A DNA stretch of 9,185 nt, from the sequence record MDTC01048866.1; one strand, 5' to 3'. Each line of letters begins with the position of its first letter. The first letter of the stretch is position 1. A model generated the notes under the pieces. That model was not told the DNA's origin. It worked only from the letters and a program-made list of their open reading frames with translations, and made no database searches. This document shows, piece after piece, positions 5,794 to 9,185 of the stretch. The position numbers and the translations under genes are program-made. Source of the stretch: a metagenome.

Positions 5794-6035
5794 CACCGCG
5801 CGCGCGCGCGTCTCACGGGACGACGACGGATGATTACGACGGATGATTCGTGTCGAGGACCCGAGGGACTCTTTGTCGAGTCCCGAACCACCGACTAATG
5901 ACGAGTCACGATTCGGAAAAACAGTCCCCGTGCCCATCCACGCGCCCACGTCACGTCGCGCCGTGCCGTTCCCCCGACGTCCCCACACGCGCGCGCTCGC
6001 CCGCGCGCGCCCGCGTTCGACCTCCTCCGCTCGGC
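5794..6035. promoter_or_regulatory. Bidirectional promoter / 5'UTR region shared by divergent BET3 and the LETM1-like gene
   Basis: This is the spacer between the divergent ATGs at 5793 (-) and 6036 (+). It contains (CG)7 at 5797-5810, ACGAGTCACGA at 5901-5911 and CACGTCACGTC at 5947-5957. If ATG 5898 is the real start, the spacer is only 104 bp. Confidence 0.5.
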
Positions 6036-8267
6036 ATGGCGTCTCTCGCGATCGCGCCGTCCGTCGCGCGCGCGACGACGCGCGTCCGCGCGAGCGCGAG
6101 ACGAGGAAATGCATCCACCGCGCGGTGCGCGACGACGCGCTCGAGGCGCGAGCGCGCGTCGACGACGGGGACGGCGTCTTCGCGCGCGCGCGTCGGTGGG
6201 GCGCGCGATGCGATGACGTCGGATATTCGCGGCGATGTTTTGGCGCGCGCGATACGGGACGCCGAGGACGCGGGGGAAGATTCGTGGGCGAAATCGTCGT
6301 CGAGGGGAGGCGAGGCGTCGGCGTCGGCGTCGGCGACGGGCGAGAGTTTCGGGAATCCGAACGCGAGTGGGTTTAGTTTCGGATCGTACACCTCGGCGGG
6401 GGCGAAGCCGTACAACAGCGAAGCGGAGGCTCGATCGGACGCGACGCGCAGGTTGGAGCGTTTAGAGTCGTTGACGCAGTTGAGGGAGCTGTACGCGATT
6501 GTCGTCGACTGCGAGCAGCGTTTGGCGGATGAGAATCTCGTCGGTCTCGCGGGGGAGGGCGAGGAGGACAACGCGTTGCGAGGAAAACCGTTGAGCTCGT
6601 TCACCGTACCGAGCACCGAGCTTGAGGAGGCGATGAGCGTGTTGGAGGAGACGGTGGAGATTTTGTCTTTGCTCGAGGATGAAAAGCAAAAGTTGCGCTC
6701 GGCGGGGACGCTCATGGATGGTAAGTGGGAGCAGGTGTTTAGCGAGACGACGAGCGCTCGAGGGATTTTAGAGAAAAAGTTTGCCGACTGTGCCGATCGC
6801 GTCGAGGCGCGGTGCGCCGAGATGGCGGCGTATTTACCGTACTCTTCGTGCGCCGAGGCTGAGCGCGCGCTCGAAGAGACGCGCGCCGCCATTGAGGCGG
6901 CCGAGGAGGATCAGGGCGAGAAGCAGGTGGGGGCGAGACTGCGGCCGATCGGGCGCAGAGTCGGTCGTTTCACGTCGAGACGGGTTCGGAGCGCGGAGGG
7001 CGTTCTCGGAGAGGGTATCGAGGCGCTCAAATTGAGACCGCGACAGTCGCTGTCCAACGCCGCGAACTACTCGAAGGGCATCTGGGCGCGCATCAACGGT
7101 GTCGGTGACACGGGCACGGTGGAGGCTTTGAAAAACTTTCCGTTGCCCGTGGTGTTTCGTGAACAGCGTGAGGGGCGCATTTTGCGGCTCACGATTGAGG
7201 TTCAGGACAGGGACTTGGCGTTGACCGAGGCGCAGCGGGAACGCGAACACATCATCGCGCAGGGTCGCAGCGCCGGAGCCCTCTCTCGCGTCGCGCTCGG
7301 CGATAAAGTGCGCGTGTGCGACGAAAAGGTGACTCGCATCCGTCGCGTGTTCGCCGTGCGCACGTTCCAAATGGAGATGGAACGCATCTTGTTGGCGCTC
7401 GAGGAAGAGGCGGCGTCTCCGCCGGACGCCTTCTCCAAGGATGAAATCGAGGACATGCGACTGATGGTTGCTGAATTCGGCGTCATGGATCTCACACTGC
7501 GCAACATGATCTCTCTCGTCGATCGTCAGGAGTCCGAGCTCATCGATGACGAGGATTTATCAAAACTCGCCATGGAGATTCCCGACATGAAGCTGCGGTT
7601 GGCCATTAACGACGAGCCAAACGTGGCCATGTCGCTCGACGTCGCGAGAGAACGCATGATTTTGACGGCGGAGGAGGCGCTCTTGACGATACGCGAGGCA
7701 GGAACGTTCATCGTTCGCGGTGTTCGCTTACTGGGATCGGACATCGGAGCGTCCATGCGCTTATTCCTTCGCGCCGCGTTTGGCACGACACTGCGTCCTC
7801 GCGAGGTGCAAATTCTTCGTCGCACTGTCCTAGACATCTTCACCTTTGTGCCCTTCGTGATCATCCTCATCACCCCGATCACGCCGGTCGGACACGTACT
7901 CGTGTTCGGTTTCATTCAAAAGTATTTCCCGCAGCTCTTCCCTTCGCAGTTTACCACGCGAAGACAGGAATTGATGCAAAAGTACGAAGAACTCAAGGAG
8001 CAACTCGCCATCGCCGAAGAGGAAGCCGACGCGGCGAACGAGAGCGCCGCACTTCGCAAAGCCGTCGAAGCGGTGAGTTCCGTCCGCGGCTTCATCTCAG
8101 GTGCGGTACAAGACGCCGCCGAGTCCATAACCTCGGACCGAGGCGCGGATGTGTCGGAGGAACGCATGCAAGCGCTCCGCGCCGAGTTGGACGAGACCGA
8201 GTTACGATTGAGTGAATCCATCGACGACTCCGCGCCGAGCAAAGACGGCGACAAGAAGACAAGCTAA
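6036..8267 (+). CDS. LETM1-like domain protein (plant-type), about 743 aa, single exon
   Basis: The C-terminal block RGVRLLGSDIGASMRLFLRAAFGTTLRPREVQILRRTVLDIFTFVPFVIILITPITPVGHVLVFGFIQKYFPQLFPSQF matches the LETM1 transmembrane region (..LSRRERRQL.R...DLFRLVPF....VPF.E.LLPV..KLFP.MLPSTF). It follows a long helical region rich in charged residues (Glu/Arg/Leu/Ala), possibly coiled-coil. The stop is TAA at 8265-8267. The track start at 5850 is GTG. In-frame ATGs are at 5898 and 6036; I prefer 6036 (MASLAIAPSVARATTRVRASARRG, presequence-like), but this is not settled. Confidence 0.78.
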   Translation: MASLAIAPSVARATTRVRASARRGNASTARCATTRSRRERASTTGTASSRARVGGARDAMTSDIRGDVLARAIRDAEDAGEDSWAKSSSRGGEASASASATGESFGNPNASGFSFGSYTSAGAKPYNSEAEARSDATRRLERLESLTQLRELYAIVVDCEQRLADENLVGLAGEGEEDNALRGKPLSSFTVPSTELEEAMSVLEETVEILSLLEDEKQKLRSAGTLMDGKWEQVFSETTSARGILEKKFADCADRVEARCAEMAAYLPYSSCAEAERALEETRAAIEAAEEDQGEKQVGARLRPIGRRVGRFTSRRVRSAEGVLGEGIEALKLRPRQSLSNAANYSKGIWARINGVGDTGTVEALKNFPLPVVFREQREGRILRLTIEVQDRDLALTEAQREREHIIAQGRSAGALSRVALGDKVRVCDEKVTRIRRVFAVRTFQMEMERILLALEEEAASPPDAFSKDEIEDMRLMVAEFGVMDLTLRNMISLVDRQESELIDDEDLSKLAMEIPDMKLRLAINDEPNVAMSLDVARERMILTAEEALLTIREAGTFIVRGVRLLGSDIGASMRLFLRAAFGTTLRPREVQILRRTVLDIFTFVPFVIILITPITPVGHVLVFGFIQKYFPQLFPSQFTTRRQELMQKYEELKEQLAIAEEEADAANESAALRKAVEAVSSVRGFISGAVQDAAESITSDRGADVSEERMQALRAELDETELRLSESIDDSAPSKDGDKKTS

Positions 8268-8392
8268 AGCACTCAATACCGCTTCACAGCTTTACAGCTT
8301 AATATTACGTTTTTAGTAGTCTTTTCCGCGCCAGCGCTTCTCCTCGCGCCTTCCCATCGGCAACCGCCACGCGCGACGTCACACCGCGGTGC

Positions 8393-8632
8393 ATGCCCGC
8401 GCTCGCGCCCGTCGCGTCCGCGTTTGCGTCGTCCGCGTGGACACACACCTCACGCGTCGCGTGCGCGCGTCGCCGGTCGCCTCGCGCGTCGCCGATCGCC
8501 TCGCGCGCGACGATGACGAAGGAGGACGCCGCGCACTCCTGGTCGTGGGCTTCCGAGACGCCCGCCGGCGCACACGTCGTCGGCGAGAGTTTTCGAGTCA
8601 AAGGGTTACACCTGACGAACCACGAGATCGCG
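8393..8632 (+). CDS. PIP: Proline iminopeptidase (alpha/beta hydrolase, S33 family), exon 1
   Basis: Exon 1 ends ...AHVVGESFRVKGLHLTNHEIA, directly before GTGCGT. An ATG at 8393 gives a 40-aa Ala/Ser/Arg-rich presequence-like leader; ATG 8513 (MTKEDAAH) is the alternative start. GC3 is high throughout. Confidence 0.7.
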
Positions 8633-8735
8633 GTGCGTCCACCGGCGCCGTTGAACGCGCGCGCGCGCGCGCGTCGTCACCGTCGTCGTCGTCATCACCG
8701 ATCGAGCCACTGACCTCTGTTTCGTCTTCGCGCAG
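8633..8735 (+). other. Spliceosomal intron, 103 nt, phase 0 (GTGCGT...CTGAC...CGCAG)
   Basis: The exon 1 frame hits TGA at 8711-8713, and the conserved downstream sequence is in another frame. Splicing 8632 to 8736 joins complete codons and gives HEIA|APLTTDADSPLIRVFIREVVA. This aligns without gaps to the H-x-[FI]-x-VPLDY...[IV]-x-VF-x-RE-[IV]-VA block that I recall for plant PIPs. A branch-point-like CTGAC sits at 8710-8714, about 21 nt before the AG. Confidence 0.75.
8656..8673. repeat. (CG)9 dinucleotide tract inside the PIP intron
   Basis: Read directly: CGCGCGCGCGCGCGCGCG. Confidence 0.9.
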
Positions 8736-9185
8736 GCGCCGCTGACGACGGATGCCGATTCACCGCTCATTCGCGTGTTTATTAGAGAGGTGGTCGCCGC
8801 GTCGCGAGGAAAGATGACGCAAACCGAGCGTCGCGCGTTACCGGCGGTGTTGTTTCTGCAGGGTGGTCCGGGCTTCGAGTGCGCGCGTCCGTGCGAAGAG
8901 GGCGGTTGGCTCGCAGAGTTGGTCAAGGAGCACCGCGTGTTTTTGATGGATCAGCGAGGGACCGGGATGAGTTCGGCCGAGCTCACGCGCGCGCGGTTCG
9001 ATGAGGGTGACGGTGAGACGTTGGTGGAACCGGACGTGAACGTGGCGTCGGGGAGCGACGCGAGCGCGGCGACTCGGTGGGCCGAGCTGCTGAAGTGTTT
9101 TCGAGCGGACGCCATCGTTTGCGACGCCGAGTTGTTCCGAAAGCGCGCGCTCGGAGAAGACGTGAAGTGGACGCTCTTGGGTCAA
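8736..9185 (+). CDS. PIP: Proline iminopeptidase, exon 2 (partial, runs off the window)
   Basis: My own translation is APLTTDADSPLIRVFIREVVAASRGKMTQTERRALPAVLFLQGGPGFECARPCEEGGWLAELVKEHRVFLMDQRGTGMSS...CFRADAIVCDAELFRKRALGEDVKWTLLGQ. LQGGPGFE, DQRGTG.S and FRAD.IV.DAE are PIP hallmarks. The window ends just before the expected GQSFGG nucleophile motif. This frame is missing from the ORF track because it has no stop codon in the window. Confidence 0.85.

Noticed and set aside
5794-6114. 107-codon N-terminal extension of the BET3 ORF
   Set aside because: It has no similarity to BET3 N-termini and would make the protein about 50% longer than the family norm. It also overlaps the divergent gene, and the internal ATG at 5793 gives a full-length collinear BET3.
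5951-6892. 313-aa minus-strand ORF and other antisense ORFs in the LETM1-like gene (6834..7370, 7202..7507, 7526..7915, 7916..8254)
   Set aside because: They are antisense to a CDS with a clear family signature. Their Ser/Ala/Arg-rich translations have no motifs, so they are a compositional artefact.
8073-8100. GTGAGT...TCAG, a possible mini-intron in the LETM1-like gene
   Set aside because: It is only 28 nt and not a multiple of three, so removing it would break an otherwise continuous frame. It is probably a chance splice-like hexamer.
1-9185. A prokaryotic reading of the window (operon, defence island or other novel multi-gene system)
   Set aside because: The gene content is eukaryote-specific (KRI1, TRAPP BET3, squalene epoxidase, LETM1-like). 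There is a pol III-type tRNA with a 37/38 intron and a GT-AG intron, and no Shine-Dalgarno or operon logic. Genes alternate strands and are functionally unrelated. I could not find any repeat-spacer array, transposase, integrase or toxin-like ORF.
8838-9185. 115-aa minus ORF, plus ORFs 8305..8601, 8379..8573, 8389..8745 and 8606..8926
   Set aside because: They are antisense or off-frame to the proline iminopeptidase exons, whose conserved motifs (LQGGPGFE, DQRGTG) fix the true frame on the + strand.

Overview
This window is high-GC (about 60% by eye), CpG-rich and very gene-dense. It reads as eukaryotic nuclear DNA, not a prokaryotic locus. Composition, NCG-biased codons, short intergenic spacers and nearly intron-free genes fit a Mamiellophyceae picoalga (Ostreococcus/Micromonas-like); that taxon call is inference only.

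It holds six protein-coding genes and one intron-containing tRNA:
- a small 99-aa orphan ORF (65..364, +)
- tRNA-Pro(CGG) with a 41-nt intron (540..652, +)
- the KRI1 ribosome-biogenesis homologue (816..3044, -)
- squalene epoxidase (3366..5144, +)
- TRAPP subunit BET3/TRAPPC3 (5200..5793, -)
- a plant-type LETM1-like protein (6036..8267, +)
- the 5' part of a proline iminopeptidase, split by one 103-nt phase-0 intron (8393..8632 and 8736..>9185, +)

The supplied ORF track accepts GTG starts (3327 and 5850 are GTG), so I re-derived several starts from the first plausible ATG. Many long ORFs in the track are antisense or off-frame artefacts of GC-rich, GAC/GTC-periodic coding sequence.

I found no CRISPR array, no mobile element, no operon-like cassette and no novel multi-gene system. 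The genes are functionally unrelated housekeeping genes. The points worth following up are at the cis level:
- a 13-14-nt motif present three times in the KRI1/squalene-epoxidase bidirectional promoter
- ACGTCA cores found almost only in non-coding spacers
- the intron-containing tRNA-Pro
- the single spliceosomal intron, which carries a (CG)9 tract
- convergent genes whose stop codons are 55 bp apart
- the presequence-like N-terminus of squalene epoxidase
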